DNA of 60,968 nt, the filler included, from Squatina squatina (taxonomy: Eukaryota), in the NCBI GenBank assembly GCA_031763465.1. It is 4 parts of 4 records of this genome, joined end to end, with 100 filler letters (N's around TTAATTAATTAA, not from the genome) between each part and the next. Parts side by side here need not be neighbours in the genome. Positions count along the whole stretch, not along the records: positions 14,700 to 30,634 come from JARFOE010000219.1; positions 30,735 to 44,592 come from JARFOE010000007.1; 2 more parts are not named here. One strand, 5' to 3'. Below the pieces are notes generated by a model, which worked only from the letters and a program-made list of their open reading frames with translations, was not told where the DNA came from and did no database searches. Numbering within the stretch: position 1 is the stretch's first letter; every line of letters starts with the position of its first letter. The position numbers and the translations under genes were made by a program. Shown piece by piece: positions 25,259 to 39,720 of the stretch.

Positions 25259-25667
25259 AGTAAAGATGGCACTGCAGGATTTAAATTTGGAAATCAGGGT
25301 GGTTTTACATTTGGTACATCCGATTCTAGTTCATCATCCAGTGCCTTTGGAGGACTTAAGTTTGAGGCTACGGGGGGCTTCAAATTCGGAGTTAATTCAA
25401 CAGAGAAAAACCCAGAGGGAAACCAGAAGGATAACTCTAAAACTCCTAGTGGTGGGTTTAAATTTGAAGTAGCTGCCTTTGGTCGCAATGCGGCTTCAGC
25501 TTCAACTACTACTAAATTTGGTGCCTCAGATACAAGTCAGCAAAATAAAAAGTGTGATGTGGTGTTCGGGGGTTTTAAGTTTGATGTTGGAGGAGTGTTT
25601 AAATCTGAGGACAAGGGTGCTCCGATTGACTTTAAATTTGGCACAGAGGAGAAGAAAGAAACCGCAG
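25259..25667 (+). CDS. NUP153: NUP153-like FxFG-repeat coding fragment (exon part or pseudogene; 5' end lies in a gap)
   Basis: Open frame SKDGTAGFKFGNQGGFTFGTSDSSSSSSAFGGLKFEATGGFKFGVNSTEKNPEGNQKDNSKTPSGGFKFE...IDFKFGTEEKKE. It is collinear with recalled NUP153 (NFKFGDQGGFKIG...GDFKFGVSSESKPEEVKKDSK...GQEEKKEE). Confidence 0.7.
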
Positions 25668-26358
25668 TAGTGCAGTTTGAGCTTGACAAAACAGAATACA
25701 AATGCACTTATGATCACATAGGCTGCTGCCAGTGTAATGGGACAGAAATAAATATTTCTAAATCTTTTTTTATAGAATGTGAAACTCAGCATATCTGAGT
25801 TGTAATAACATGTTAGCAGTATTGCATGGGAAAATTGCAGTTTTCATTAAGAGCTTAATGGAAGCAGAGATTAAAGATAGAATTGGATAGCAGCACATAA
25901 TTGGTAGCAAATTTGTTCTTGATAGATGGAAAGTGCCTCTCACTATCGCTGGTGCTGGATCAGCAAGTGAACGGGAAACAGGACATTGAGTAGTAACCAA
26001 AACACGGTGTAAGGAAAGGGTTAATAAGAGTAGTAGCAGAATTCTGCTGCTGACTTGGAGTGATTTGATATTGTAGTAATGTTAATTGTTGACCTTTGTT
26101 TGTTCAGGAGGGTAGCATGATCTTTAAATTGTGATATCTTAGAATAACTAATTGATGCAAGAATTGTACAACTACACAGCAATTGCAAGATAGTGACTAC
26201 TGAACCTTTGAACTGAGACTAACCCTTCCAGCATGGGCACTTGTGTGAATTACCTGATAGAGGTTGCATCATAATTAGGTAAGCAAATTGAAGACGTGCC
26301 AGAGTGTATGAACGCTAAGCCAGTAATCCTGAAGAAGAGAACATCTGTGTAAAACATT

Positions 26359-26458
26359 GGCCCGGAATTTGCGGTCAGTGGCGGAGCAAAGGCGCTCGCC
26401 GCGAGCAGTAAGTGAGCAGCCCCGAAGTTTGCCTTTCTCCTCGAGTGATTCAGTGTAG
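26359..26458. mobile_element. Non-autonomous DNA transposon terminus
   Basis: GGCCCGGAATTTGCGGTCAG. An inverted counterpart gcaaattcagggcc ends at 28032, and a related sequence lies at 31252-31295. Confidence 0.55.
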
Positions 26459-27760
26459 NNNNNNNNNNNNNNNNNNNNNNNNNNNNNNNNNNNNNNNNNN
26501 NNNNNNNNNNNNNNNNNNNNNNNNNNNNNNNNNNNNNNNNNNNNNNNNNNNNNNNNNNGTGTGAATCGCTGCGGCAGGATACTAGAGTTCCCAACCATAA
26601 GTTCTTTTGCTCCTCGTGCAAGGCCACATAACTAAATTGTTGCTGGTTTTCTTTGATTTAGTTTGTATATAGTTTTTTGTTATTATTAATCTGATTTATC
26701 CCAGCTGGATAAACAAGAGTTAACACAGTAAAATCTTAATAAGCAATAGTTTCGCAAATGATGCTGAGGGGTTTCAACGAGATATTACTGAACTGTGGTT
26801 GAGTCTTGAAGCATCAGGAAGGATGTAGACATTAAAATCAATTCTGTCAAGTATGATCTATTTTTGAAAAGCTTTTTAGTCCAACATTGCAGAACATTCA
26901 CCACTACTGGCCATCTTGACTTGATACATATACAGCACCAGGCTCGACACTCTGATAAATTATTGCTTTGGCTTGTAATAGCTTGCCAAAGTAAAGGACA
27001 CAGGAAACTTTGACCATTGTAATGTCTTACTCATTGTCAGGGGTAATGCACACTCATGGGCTAAAATATAATATCTTTACGCTTCAGTTGAATGCTATTG
27101 CCTGAGAGCTTTAATGGAACATAAGATGAATGAGTTGCGCAGTGAATCCCTAGCAAGCATTTTTTCATAACTTGTCTCCCAGTAGCATTATTAACTTGAA
27201 TTCATCAAACACCAGAGAGTATGTAACAACCACACACAGCAGTGCTGTGGATCTGTTCCTTTTAATGAATATCTGAAATTGACTAATAGGGTAAATCTGG
27301 GGATGCGAGCATGAAAATATTTTTGATACTTAATTTTCCTCCAATAAAATATTTGGTTTGTAGCAGAAGTTTACGACAATTTTAAACTAAGTAAACTTTT
27401 GTTAAAATATTAATTTTCTATTCTTTGCAACTAACCGAAATAAAATAATTGATTAAAAAAAAAACCTTTGTCACTGAGACTGCTGCAAGAAATGTTGATT
27501 TAAAATTCCAACAATATCCTATATTGTTAAGGATATTTCATTTGCGATCCTGGTATCCCACCGGGACTACCTATTGGTATTTCAGACGTGCAGGCTCAAT
27601 GGGCCCCACAGGAGTTTCCATCTATTAAGTCCAAATATAGGCTCCTGTGCGGCAAAGCTCNNNNNNNNNNNNNNNNNNNNNNNNNNNNNNNNNNNNNNNN
27701 NNNNNNNNNNNNNNNNNNNNNNNNNNNNNNNNNNNNNNNNNNNNNNNNNNNNNNNNNNNN

Positions 27761-28032
27761 ATGGTTTTTGATGTGCTTGTGTAGGTCTGTCTTCTCTGTC
27801 AAAGCTTGAATGAGAGATACTCCTACCTGATTGGTTGGGACCTCCCATGTGATCTCTCCAGTCTCTCTGCAGGACTTAGACAGGAAAGACCAGAGGGATG
27901 CTGCGAATGCCCAAATGTGGGGGCAGAAAATCGCAAGTTCACGTGGATCCAGGACTTTCAGGTAAGTTCGCAGACAATTTTGCGATCAGAGGCTCCCGCA
28001 CGCAGGAAGCCTCAGATTGCAAATTCAGGGCC
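27761..28032. mobile_element. Non-autonomous DNA transposon terminus (inverted relative to 26359)
   Basis: Ends ...gattgcaaattcagggcc(aat). Confidence 0.55.
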
Positions 28033-30634
28033 AATGTGTTTCCAGATCCTATTGGACATGTTCAAATCAATTGTACATCTTGTGCCAGCTCTTTTGCTCA
28101 TGCTCTTTTCACTCCAGTGCTGTGCTATATATGTCTTACCCTGTGGGTAGAGGTATACTATTTCTGGCTGTATCTATGCAGTTGAAAGTTAATAACGTGC
28201 CAACATTTTTTCCTGGATAAATTGCCTGTTCATTTTTGTCCTCATTCCTAATAAGGGGAAAGAAAAGAGTTTCTCGATACTGGAACNNNNNNNNNNNNNN
28301 NNNNNNNNNNNNNNNNNNNNNNNNNNNNNNNNNNNNNNNNNNNNNNNNNNNNNNNNNNNNNNNNNNNNNNNNNNNNNNNNNNNNNNCAACACTGGTGGTC
28401 ATCGTAGCACCACTCTCTGGAATCCCTTTCCCAAGCATCTTCCCCTTTGCCAATTCCAGCCCGGCCTTTTTGACCATGTTTTTCAGACATCTTTCTTAAC
28501 ACTACTTTCTGTCTGTTCCTTCTTTGCAAAGTGCCTTGGGACATTTTCTAGGGCAATGCCTCTATATAAATCCAAGTTATTGCTGATATGTTTCCATCTA
28601 CCTTTCTTCTCCAAATGCAGATCAGAGGCGCTTCTGCTTGAAGATCTAACATCAGATCTTTTCAGGACTTATCTCCAGATAATGTGAAAAAGAAGCTGAA
28701 AGGTAGATACAAGAAGATCAAGCCTCGAATTTTGTTCTATTCACTTTCCAACAGATTTTTCTTCAAAGTTCTGTGTGACCATCCACCAGTAACATTGCCA
28801 GCTGAAAGCCTACAATCTAGCTTCTTTGGATGGTTTGATTTTTCCACTGGGGGATTTTCAACAGCTGTTGCATCAGCATTCTTCAGAAGTGATCAATTAC
28901 TGCTTAGCTGAGCTTCAATTCTTATGAGCTGTCTGTAACCACATCTAACCTAACTGCCTCTCTGCTGCACTGCACTCACTGCACTCTTGATAGCCAATGC
29001 TGTGTTTTCTGTAGCTTCATCAAATTACAGCTGAACAATTCATTAGAGCAAGAGGCTAATCACTTCAGTCGTATTTCAGATTTATTAAAAAAATCCATGG
29101 ACATGTTGATGCTGGTGCGACAGCTTGTAATATTTAACTAATAAGCATGTGTTTGAATATGGATTCTGTACTTTAGTTAATCGTGTCTGAATTACTGTTT
29201 GAAGACAAAATTGCATTAGACTTTCTTTCTAGATTGTTGCCAGCTTATTGAAATGCTTCTTTACACTCTTAGATGCTGAGTTTGCTGAGAGCTCAAAAAA
29301 GCGAATGGATGAAATATGTGACACAAACTAGTTAAGAATCAGTCATCATAAATCAAAGATGGCATGACTTTTATTGAAGAGAAAGAATGGTAACTGAATG
29401 AATTCTGCTGACAACCTTGTTTTAAAGTCAAAGTGAAAAAAAACACTGAGGGCATTTGATATTGGGAGCTGACATTTAAAATAATTCATGTGTGAGCACC
29501 TAACCATTGTGAGAATGCTTCAGTGCAGAACTCTTATAGTTCCTTTACCGACTCATAAAAATGAAAGAGAACCATAGCCAATTGTAAATTTGCATTTGAA
29601 GAAATACGCGCTTTGAAGAAATATGTTAACTCTAAGAGCTCCTCTGCATATATTATGTATTCATTTTATATATTTTCTGATCTTTGTAACGGGGGGACAA
29701 TTGTTTTCCAGGTGGGNNNNNNNNNNNNNNNNNNNNNNNNNNNNNNNNNNNNNNNNNNNNNNNNNNNNNNNNNNNNNNNNNNNNNNNNNNNNNNNNNNNN
29801 NNNNNNNNNNNNNNNNAAATTCCTTCATGCTTTATATTATAGGCACAAAGCTAAGGTATCAGGAAGGGACACCTAATAATATTTACGGCAGCAAATCTCC
29901 TTTCACACAAAGGAAATATCACTTTGGCTTTTGCGAAAAAAACTGAAGCATGCTTCAATTCTTTGCTTCCACTTGGCAGCTATATTAGCCTTTTGATCAC
30001 AGAACATGTTACTTGATTTGAGCCATTTGTCAAACTGACACAACAGATAAAATGGAACATAACAAATGAAATCACATGAAAAATAGTTCAATCTACACAA
30101 GTTCAGATTTTAGTGACAGAAAATTACTTCCAAATGATTAAATAAAATACTGGAATAAAAATACAGCAGAACTATAAAACACATGCATTGAGCAAGACTT
30201 TCTTGGTGTACTGAGGGTTTTGCACGACAAATTGGATTTCATCTTATTCTTATTGTCACTGTTAGGCGGAAATTTTCCAGGACATTTTGACTTTGCCTGA
30301 AGGTGTTTTCAGCTGTGTCTGAATGAAACTGACAGATTCAGGTATCCACTTAATATTCTCGCATTTTGCTTCAACATGCTCCTAGGATGAGGTGTTAATT
30401 CAATATAAAATTCAATCCTCGCATAATACCTTCAAGCAAATTTTTGCAATCTACATGTCTGGTAGTGCTCCGTTCTGATCAACCTTTGCTAGCCTGTGAA
30501 ACTGCTCATTACATAAGAATGCTAATGCAAAGCAGATTGAAAAAAGAGCCTTCCTGTTTAAATTTTTAAAATAAAATGTCATGTTCTGAAATCTGTTACA
30601 GGAGAATATTCAAATTTTCACAGCAGAAGCAACT

Positions 30635-30734
30635 NNNNNNNNNNNNNNNNNNNNNNNNNNNNNNNNNNNNNNNNNNNNTTAATTAATTAANNNNNNNNNN
30701 NNNNNNNNNNNNNNNNNNNNNNNNNNNNNNNNNN
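30635..30734. other. Artificial scaffold linker
   Basis: TTAATTAATTAA at 30679-30690, flanked by 44 N on each side. Confidence 0.95.
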
Positions 30735-30928
30735 CTGGAATAATGTACAGAAGATTACTTATTACCAGAGTCAAATTGAAGCTGTTAGTTTCAGTAATAA
30801 CGGTTTTATTGCATTGCAAATTTTATTACTCTAGCTGTAGCATGGAATATTGTAAAGTAGTTTATATATTCATATTTTGTTTAAGCTTTCAAAGCAGCGC
30901 TTCAGAGTAACATTCAGGTATTTCTTGA

Positions 30929-31177
<249 letters not shown>

Positions 31178-32576
31178 TGACAAAATATTGTGAGTGTCTC
31201 ACACTCGGCGCAAGAGAGGCCGAGCGTGAGAGAAAGAAATCTCAGTTTAAAATGGATTTTGCGGTCAGTGGTAAACGAGCAGCACTAGCCGTTCAATACG
31301 CTTACAGCTGTCCACAGATGTTTTGTGGGCTTTCGAACGGTCATTGGGGATCTGTGACCTGTGTGAACAGGAAAAGCAACAGCCTGTCTCTTCAACCAAT
31401 CAGGTTGAAGATTCCTTACTGAGACATGCAGAGTCTGAACCAGGAAGTGTAAATCAAAACATTTAATTCAATGTAAAATCACATACTGAAAGTGAAATAA
31501 TTAGAGGGATAGAAAAATGGAATGAAGAGAGAGATAAGAGACAGAAAGAAAAAGTAAAAANNNNNNNNNNNNNNNNNNNNNNNNNNNNNNNNNNNNNNNN
31601 NNNNNNNNNNNNNNNNNNNNNNNNNNNNNNNNNNNNNNNNNNNNNNNNNNNNNNNNNNNNCAATGCAGTGCTACAGTACCCCAATCCCACCACTGTAAAC
31701 CGGCCGGAGCATTCACAGTCGTAACTTGCTGCAGTGTCCTCTGGTGGCAGAAATCATGCACTGCAACAGTTTGCAGCTGAGTGAGAATGTGGGCATATTA
31801 ATAAAGTTTCACTCAATGTATTGCATTGTGTTCTGCATGTTAGTCCAATTAACGATTAAGTTGTTTAACAGCTACTTATACCTCTGTGGCATCCGTGGTC
31901 CATTGGTGACAATGGAGAGGCAAATTTTGCACAAAATCACTTTCCAGGTGTTTCATGATCTGCGGTTGGAACTTGAAAAATATTCACAGTGAAAAGGGAG
32001 TGTTTTCCAAATTAGCATTTGACCTGCTTGCTACTCCTGTATGTAACAGAGAAATGAAGTACATTTATTTTTAAAGGCGTTGTACAGTCTGCTCGTCCTA
32101 ATTCAAAATGACTTAATGTTGATCCAAATTGACATTATGCAAAAACACCTCCTGTGCTGTTTTATTGAAATTGCTTAATTTGAACTGCTGGATTTTTTTT
32201 TGAGCAACGATGGCATTGAATTAACAGGAATAAACTTTATACATCCCCTTATAACAGCACTCAAACAGCTCAAAGGGCTTCACATACAATGGATTACTTT
32301 ATGGTGGAATATTATATGTAAGCAAACATAAAGCAGCAGAACATGCTTTATGAGGTAAATTTACTGATGCTGAACTCAGAGCACAGGTCGGAAGATTGGT
32401 GGAACATTGTTGTATTCCTATCTCTGATCCAAGCTCCCTTTGAGTGGGGCTCCTCATTGGGAGGGCTGGATCAGTGAACTAACCTTAATATTCATACAGA
32501 CTTTTTGCTCACATTAGTGAGCAGTGAAAAAGGTGCCAGTATGTACTTAGTCGTGTTTAAATTTTTACATGCCTGA

Positions 32577-32765
<189 letters not shown>

Positions 32766-32987
32766 TAAGTACTGGATTATAATTTGAAGTGTTTGCTGTG
32801 GGCTGTCATATGAGTCAATCTTAGAATCTGTATTCCTGTGCGATTNNNNNNNNNNCATTGAACATCCCTTTATTTCACAATTTTCTAGTAAAATGCATGA
32901 ATTGACAACAGTGAAAACAACACATGTTCAAATTGTGTTACCAAAGCACTTCTCTTTAATCAGAAAAGCAAGCAAATCAAGACACAA

Positions 32988-33552
32988 GGGGCGCCCAATT
33001 GGTCTTTTTTAAGCTTGTGGCGCTATGAGACTAAAATTTGTAATTTTAGTGCCCGTTCAACACCATTCTGCTAAGCTGCAGAATTGGAAGCTTCGACAAA
33101 TTTTTTGGGTAGCTTAAAAACGGGTGCATAAAACCAACGCTATCGGCACTAATGGCACTTAGCTTCTTTCTACAGGCCAACTCTGCAACCGATCTAAGGT
33201 GCTGATATCAAGTGTCAGGGCACCTCAGCCCTTAACGGGGATCGTTCTGCAGACTCAAGCACAGCTTAGGTCAGTCAGAGCATTGATCGTTAGTGGGTGA
33301 GGAGGAATTGTCTTGTCAAATGCTGTGCTTGGCAGACATAACCGATGGCATTCTGCACCCTCGGGAACCTGGCTATGTTGTCAATGCCCACAGCTCTGTC
33401 TTGCTGACCTGGCATCTGAGGACTTGCCAATCATACCTCATTTGATGTCACCTTCCTGTCCGACCTCTCGGAAGATGATGCAGGGCTGCGGTGTGTGCCA
33501 CCAGGGACGTAGCTGGCTGTGGCAAGTGAAGGGGTCGCTGGGCGCGCCGATG
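32988..33552. mobile_element. Harbinger-derived element fragment
   Basis: Homologous to 5054-5413. The minus strand at about 33335-33400 reads RAVGIDNIARFPRVQNAIGY, similar to the GFPxVxGAIDC motif. Confidence 0.6.
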
Positions 33553-33652
33553 NNNNNNNNNNNNNNNNNNNNNNNNNNNNNNNNNNNNNNNNNNNNNNNN
33601 NNNNNNNNNNNNNNNNNNNNNNNNNNNNNNNNNNNNNNNNNNNNNNNNNNNN

Positions 33653-34000
33653 AGGGAATTCCAGAACTTGGGGAACTAGGCTGCTGAAGACAAAGGTGAC
33701 AGTGGTGGAGCGATTAAAATTGTTGATGCACAAGAGGCCATAATTGGAGGAGCGCAGAGATCTGGGAGGGTTGTCGGGCTAGGGGAGATTATAGAGATAG
33801 GGAGGGGTGAGACCATGGAGGGATTGTAAACCAGGATGAAAATTTTAAATTTGAGGCATTGCCGTACCAGGAGCCAATGAAGGTCAGCGAGCACAGGAGT
33901 GACGTGTGAACGGGATTTGGTGCAAGTTAAGACATGGGCAGCAGAGTTTTGGATGGGCTCAAGTTTATGGAAGGTGGAAGATGGGAGGCCAGTCAGGAGG
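33653..34000 (-). mobile_element. L2 LINE ORF2 C-terminal fragment
   Basis: LADLHWLLVRQCLKFKIFILVY, followed by a PKFWNS-like motif. Confidence 0.8.
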
Positions 34001-35462
34001 GCCTCACTGTTTATTAATGTACTTGCAAGATATTTTACTGTTCAATTGTGAAACTCCAATGTTTTGCGAAATTTAATTTCCTGGTAAATGGTAGAATTGC
34101 TGGATGTATTCCAGGCCCCAAAGTAGCTGGAATTTGATGATTTGGTTCAACAGACTAGGCAGTGCTTCTGGAAAGGGGAATAGGGAAGAGGAGAAAAGTG
34201 AGTGGGAAGCAGTAATTTGCTTCCAGACCCAAAAGCAACTAGAAACATGTGTCTACCCAGAGCAGCATGCTGTGGGATTTAGAAGTAGAAATTAATCAAA
34301 CGTTGACAGCATGCCATAGAGTCTACCCTGGAAGAGTGTAGCTATGGGATCCGACTGGAGGCTAATCACATGGACAACCAAGAGCGGGTTACAAGAATAT
34401 TGAGAGTTTGAAGTACTGGAGCCAATTAAACAATAGGTAATACAGACAAACTAGAATAGTGCCAGGAGCAAAGAGGTGTGCCTTTGGCTAAAAGAAAAGT
34501 TTTGTAATTATTTGGCAGAACATATATGCTGCAAAAGCAGAATGGGAAATCAATTTGAATTTTGAAATTATTAGCTCTTGGCTAAGAAAATTAATGTGTG
34601 AAGGCCAACAAAAAAAAAGCTAGAAGTGAAAGCTTGATATAAAGGTTATGTGGCCTGTACCTCACTAAATATTGCACCAGAATTTGCTGTAGCAGGGCAT
34701 CTAACAGCATCTGCCATTAGTTAGACTTCCCCCTGCATCCTACAGCTCAAAAGATTTTGCCCACAAAGTTACTGAATGTGTGAGCTGATAATGACGAAAT
34801 GAGGGAAACAGGGCATCTGGGACCTGAGTGGACAGGTCAAGCAACATGGTATCTCCTTAACCAATGATATTAAAGGATTGGGAAATAAGCACAGGAAGGG
34901 CTGAGAATGAGGGTGAGTTAAAGGGGGGTGAATTCAATGTAAAATCAGGTACTGAAAGAAAACATTGCAGTTGTGCATTAATTGCCAATTAAACTCGCTG
35001 CAGGAAGTTAGGGCTAGTATTTAACAGCGCACTTACCTTTTTGAATGAGATTCATGATCCTGCAATGACACTCAATCTCTCTGGCCCAGAAAGGGAACAA
35101 TTGAAACTGTGATGTCTCATTCCTGCAGTTAGAAAATTATTGGTAGTGATTATTTTAAATTTTATATATATATATATTTTAAATTTGTCTTTTTCTCTCT
35201 CTTAAACCAATCTTCCTTTCCCTCTCTTTATTTCTCTTTCTGTATTTGATCTGACTCTTCACCCTATTTCATTTTTCATTTATTAAAATTAATTTTGAGT
35301 ATATGTAAATGAGAGTCCTGAAATAATTTTTAGCCTGAGAAGTCAATTCACAACATCAGTAACAATAATTATCAGTGCATGAAAGAGGGAGGTGAGCGAA
35401 CTTTGGGCAATCCACTGATGTATCGAGTTCATGTTATTTATAAATTGTGAAGATCTAAATGA

Positions 35463-35687
<225 letters not shown>

Positions 35688-37663
35688 TAGTTTCTCAACC
35701 ACATACTTATTATTGTGTATGCAGAGTGCAAATGTGCTGTTTTTGATTTCAACTAAAGAATANNNNNNNNNNNNNNNNNNNNNNNNNNNNNNNNNNNNNN
35801 NNNNNNNNNNNNNNNNNNNNNNNNNNNNNNNNNNNNNNNNNNNNNNNNNNNNNNNNNNNNNNCCATGTGACTTCCAAGAATTGGCTGACAATCAAATATT
35901 ACTTTAAAATACAGAATCCACTTTATCTTTTAAACACCATTACAAACTTTAAAAATACATTGAACATTTGAGAAATGAATGAACCTTTGGGAAATGAATA
36001 AACCTAACACTAGTTACCCAGAAGAATGAGCCCATTGAGCTCTGGAAGGCGGAACGCACAAGCTTTCAACAGAAACAAGTCAGTGGCAATGTAATTGATT
36101 AATTACGTGGGTCACATGAAAGTGGTTGAAGAATTCACAAGAGCGCCCCATAGCAGCTCTCAGTGCCGCACCTGCATTTCTGAAAAAATAATTCTGAATT
36201 CTGCCACTCCCGGGCGATGTGAACGGCGAGCGCTATTGTGTACAGTCAGGAGCGCGGCGCTTATGAGTTTCGGGCCCTTGGTGTTCCACATTTCCACTAA
36301 TTTTTCCTTCTAGATTAGAGCACATATGAGGCATTACAGGCGTCAGTATGTTTTATCTTTTGTGACAATTCAAATATAAACTGTTTTAGTAGAAATTAAA
36401 TTGAAGAATTGTAATGCAACTGATGTCCACTTTACACAGTTACTAAAAATAACAATTGTCTATACAAAGAGTAATGAAATGATGAGATCAGCTAACAGGA
36501 AGAAGGTAGTGGTAACTCTAATATGCAATTATTTATGACTGTCAGAACAGCTGGTTGCAGTTCTTGTAACTTATCAAATTTCACAATAAACGTTGATCAT
36601 GCCAAGTAAGTGACATAGGATTTCAATAGCTTGGACTTATAAATGTTCGCTTATGACTGCAGGGCTACATGTTCAAATTCCCAGGCTGTTTGATTCTCAA
36701 CTCTGATTCCCTTCATAGTGATGAGTTTCATCAATGAACAGCTACTAGGTAGAATTTTAGCAGAACATTCCACCTTGGGGATGAAAAGTCTGACACTTAT
36801 GTGGCATGCCATGGGCACAACTCGGCGCCAATCAAGGTATACATGAGGGGACTGTGTTGATTGAAGAAAAATTCAGCATCCAAATTTAGATATTTTGAAA
36901 AATAAACCACTAATGTAGGATTTCTCCCTTGTTTTTCTAGCAGATTGTACGTTGCATAAATGTTTAACAATGTAATTACTCAAATATGCGTCGTCCTTTT
37001 GCTTGTTTAGACATTGATAAAACAAAGACATCAAAAATGGCCTATACCACCAGTTAGAAAAGGAGAGTAAAGAGGCAAAAAAAGGTTTGAAAAAGTACAT
37101 TTGGACTTTTTAACCATGCTGAAACAAAACCAGGGCCATTGAGTTTGCCAACTGTTCACCTGCTGCATCTGAATACGGCATTTGCTCAGGTGTCGTCTTC
37201 TTTCACCCTCCCCATAGGTCCTTTCTCCCTGAGACATCAGCAGCCATTTATGTGCTACTGGCACTGGGAATCCGGCCCCCATGAATTTGGTGCTCCCCCA
37301 GCAAGTCTTGATCAATGCACTGGGAGCAAATGTTGCACATTACAATGAGCTAACCTTGTTTAATGGGACACGGTCAACTGACTTGAGCCCAGGTAATGGA
37401 GCACCTGACGGCTCATGGTGCTATGGGTGTAACCACATTATTGGNNNNNNNNNNAAATATACTTACCTTAATGGACCGAGTTTTTAACCAATAGTTCATC
37501 TTTTTACCCGTTTGCTATCATATCTCGACTGTTCTGTGCGATGTGGTTTTGAGCTGCTAATTTAATGAACTTAGTTTGAACATTGGCTTTTAAAAAGAAT
37601 GAGTTTAGTGTCTCCAATATTACATTTTGCTTTTGAACTAATGAGGAATTTTTGCCTTAACAG

Positions 37664-37797
37664 AGCAAAAAACAAGAGATACCTCGTGAGGAGCAGGGAC
37701 CCAACATCAAAAACTTAGACTTCTGGCCTAAACTCATTACTTTGATGGTTACATGCGTAGATGAAGATAAGACAGCCTATACTCCTGTCCTGAACCA
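37664..37797 (+). CDS. UNC13C: UNC13C exon, MUN domain
   Basis: ttaacag| ... |gtaagt. Translates [44 protein letters not shown](Q). Confidence 0.93.
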
Positions 37798-38489
37798 GTA
37801 AGTGAAGTCATAGTTTGAGTTACCTTTCAGATTGCTTGTGCTAAACAGGAGACCGATTTTGAAGCAAAATTAAATCTTGGTTCTTGGCGCCAAAAAAGTG
37901 CCATAATGAGATTAACTCCAAGGCTAAAGATTACAAATAATTTCACAGTAGTACAGTTTCATTCCTTTTATTTAGCATTTACATTTGTACCGCAACTGAG
38001 TAAAAGGATGTGATAAAAATAATAACGGTGCTACAGTGCAGGAGTGTTAATAATATAAACCGAGAGCTCCTTGCCGCCCATTTCCTCTTATTCTGTGTAC
38101 CTTGATAGTCCTGCTATTCCAGCTGTCTTTTGGCCTCCATTTATGACTTCCTGGCTGTGGATAGCAGCCGAGCTACGATTCAGCACTTTACCCTGTCCCT
38201 TCCCTTGTTGTTTGGTTCGCAAGCTAAGGGATGCCACTGGAAAATGAAGCTATGCCAGCATCTGTAAAAGCAGAAGAGGATTCTGTTAAAATTACAGTTC
38301 TGTAGTTCAAATGAAACTACATTAGAAGAGTTATCTTTTGGAGGGAAATGTCTATATCTATATTTCTAATAAGATATGAACTTATGTTAATACAAATAGC
38401 ATAACCACAAATAATCATTGAATAAAGATTTTAAATAATTAAACAAATAAAATAAGGTTAGACTAAGTCATGGCAGAGCAGGTTGTGTG

Positions 38490-38745
38490 ACTGGACTGCA
38501 GAATGTGGGAGTTTGTGGACATTGGGACTATCCCAAACGAACACGTCTGCAGTAGGTGTCTCCGTCTCGAATTTCTCCGGCTCAGTCATTGAGCTGGAGT
38601 GTGAGTTGAAGACACTCCAACATATAAGGAAGGGGGAAGAGTATCTGGACAATTTGCTCCAGACTTCGGTCGCACCTCGTAAAGAGGCGCAGGTTCAGAA
38701 TGGGGTTGGTGTGACCGATAGTGTTCAGAGTAAGGGAAACCCAGG
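38490..38745 (+). mobile_element. CR1 ORF1-like fragment
   Basis: Coiled-coil segment VIELECELKTLQHIRKGEEYLDNL, resembling CR1 ORF1. Confidence 0.5.
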
Positions 38746-39634
38746 NNNNNNNNNNNNNNNNNNNNNNNNNNNNNNNNNNNNNNNNNNNNNNNNNNNNNNN
38801 NNNNNNNNNNNNNNNNNNNNNNNNNNNNNNNNNNNNNNNNNNNNNGAGTGTTGCTGCCACTGCTCCTCTCCCCAGGTGCTTAGTGTGATCTTGGCTTTAT
38901 TTCCACTGACTGGTCTGGGGTTATGTTTCTCTTTGCAAAGACATAGTAACACAAAAATTTTTTTTTTAACCACAGATACATGTTCGTTTTGATTGATTTG
39001 TCCTATTGTTGCATGCTAGATGCAGACAGATCCAAAAACAAATCCATACATTTTACATAACAGGGAATGTATGCCTGTTTGCAGAACTGTGGCATATCGC
39101 AGTAACGCACCAACGGGTCTATGCTGTGGAATGATCAGATGCTGGTTCAGATTCCCCTCCCACCCTCCTCTGTATTTTGCATGTTATTCATGCTGTTCTG
39201 GGAAGTATTGATGGAAAGGAGGTGACTCCACTGATCAAAGAAAATTAGCTTGAAAGCTTATGACCAGGTCACTCTTCCACATCATCTAGCAACTGACTGA
39301 GAGCTACATTGATGGAGGCTTGAGAGGAGGGAGCCCTCTCAGCTGCATTCAGGGTATTGCTGGGGAGACCAAAGAGGATTGGGAAGGAAGTGGAAGGAGT
39401 TTATACCGAGCAAAAAAAAAAAGGATATTTAATACTTTTGTAAGAAAGTATATGAGACTGAAGGGGGGGAATTAATGTATTGTATTGGGTAGAGCAAGCT
39501 GGAAAATTCTTGTAACAAATTGCACGTTCTTCCTTCCTTTCAAAGTGTAGCCAAGTTCAAGTTGTATTTGTTTGAAGTCTATTTTTATGCAGTCCAGTGT
39601 TTATTTGACACGGTGAAATACGTTTGAATTTCAG

Positions 39635-39720
39635 GTTCCCCCAAGAACTTCATATGGGAAAAATAAGTGCCGAGGTTACATGGCTGCTGTTTGCCCAGGA
39701 CATGAAGTACGCTCTTGAAG
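39635..39720 (+). CDS. UNC13C: UNC13C exon, MUN domain
   Basis: tttcag| ... |gtaatt. Translates [28 protein letters not shown]. Phase-compatible with the previous exon (CA|G = Gln). Confidence 0.93.

Noticed and set aside
37031-37440. Possible Harbinger transposase 5' remnant
   Set aside because: The similarity is too vague to support by eye.
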